From contig CAVZML010000006.1 of NCBI GenBank assembly GCA_963776395.1, forward strand, positions 5,312-69,311: a DNA stretch of 64,000 bases, written 5' to 3'. The position numbers and the translations under genes are program-made. The stretch comes from an uncultured Chloroflexia bacterium. GTDB lineage: Bacteria; Chloroflexota; Limnocylindria; Limnocylindrales; CSP1-4. A model generated the notes under the pieces. The model saw only the letters and a program-made list of their open reading frames with translations, made no database searches and was not told where the DNA came from. This document shows positions 63,533 through 64,000 of the stretch, in pieces (positions within the stretch are counted from its first letter, which is position 1; each line of letters opens with the position of its first letter).

Positions 63533-64000
63533 ATGACTGACCCCACCCCCACCCACTCCCCGAGTCGCGAGTCGGCGACCGGCCGTGCGTCCTCGCGGAA
63601 CGGCGGGCGTCGGTCCCGGAACCGGCTCGGCGGCGCCGCGGGCGCGACCGGCATCCTCGTCGCTGCGCTGGCGGTCGTCCTGGCGCAGCCCGGCCTCGTT
63701 CAGGGGCAGAACAGCTACCTCAGCGCGTGGACCGCCACCTACCCGAACTCAAGCACCGACAACAACGCGAGCTGCCTCCTCTGCCATGGTGCGACCGCCT
63801 CCGGGTCGCGGGACACGGGCCAGCTCAACGCCTACGGCGCGGCCGTCCTCCACGCCGGCCCGAACGCGGCCGGCTTCAGGAGCATCGAGAGCCTCGACTC
63901 GGACGGCAACGGCACCACGAACATCGCCGAGATCACCGCGGGCACGCAGCCGGGCTGGCGTGCGGGCGCGAACAACACCACGTACGACGTGGCCGACGGG
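63533..64000 (+). CDS. Partial CDS: secreted protein with one CxxCH motif and a DSDGNG Ca-binding-like loop (3' end outside the window)
   Basis: RBS aagaggagga before the ATG at 63533. Arg-rich N-region plus a hydrophobic helix (ILVAALAVVLA), then CLLCHG. The frame stays open to the window end, so it is not in the ORF track. Confidence 0.55.
   Translation, partial: MTDPTPTHSPSRESATGRASSRNGGRRSRNRLGGAAGATGILVAALAVVLAQPGLVQGQNSYLSAWTATYPNSSTDNNASCLLCHGATASGSRDTGQLNAYGAAVLHAGPNAAGFRSIESLDSDGNGTTNIAEITAGTQPGWRAGANNTTYDVADG

Overview
This window joins two compositionally different segments near position 39,195.

LEFT segment (1-39,195). It has moderate GC, and its gene content looks Acidobacteria-like (inference only). 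It is accessory DNA built around a tRNA-Val(GAC) integration hotspot:
- one intact tRNA-Val on the minus strand (22,868-22,944)
- four well-preserved copies of its 3' half (1,390; 6,017; 9,670; 19,212), plus decayed ones such as 5,893
- an orphan 5' half (37,461-37,499)
- a decayed integrase (178-1,367)
- a ~3.7-kb cassette (MDR oxidoreductase / SnoaL-like / class-V aminotransferase) present twice
- an ISL3 element with an 8-bp target duplication

Cargo in the left segment:
- a Rieske / cytochrome b / nonahaem / monohaem cytochrome c operon, next to a CxxCH-containing sensor kinase and a sigma-54 response regulator
- a decayed SBP56-family gene
- a ~980-aa kelch/galactose-oxidase-like protein with four Ig-like repeats and a Cys/Asp-rich tail
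- a CVNH-like lectin
- an ECF sigma / anti-sigma / secreted TPR-CHAT protease module, followed by a di-haem peroxidase-like protein
- a lipoprotein RNase-A-like toxin/immunity pair

Many conserved genes in this segment carry frameshifts. Either the sequence is indel-rich or the region is decaying.

RIGHT segment (39,196-64,000). It has very high GC and looks Actinobacteria- or Chloroflexi-like (inference only). It is mostly ordinary:
- ACT, GNAT and DinB genes, an ECF sigma with a DUF4232-type anti-sigma, and MarR
- a SipW-type signal peptidase with two TasA-like cargo proteins
- an AAC(2')-like GNAT, a MOSC protein and a methyltransferase
- two LLM/F420-type oxidoreductases
- an IS3 remnant embedded in a local repeat family
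- an MFS transporter
- an apt / MtnA-like / GNAT / ahcY / S9 peptidase / metK cluster

Most long antisense ORFs in the high-GC half are shadow ORFs.

The best candidate for an undescribed system is the sigma / anti-sigma / TPR-CHAT module at 30.5-35.4 kb. The main caveat for the whole window is the probable chimeric join at ~39.2 kb.
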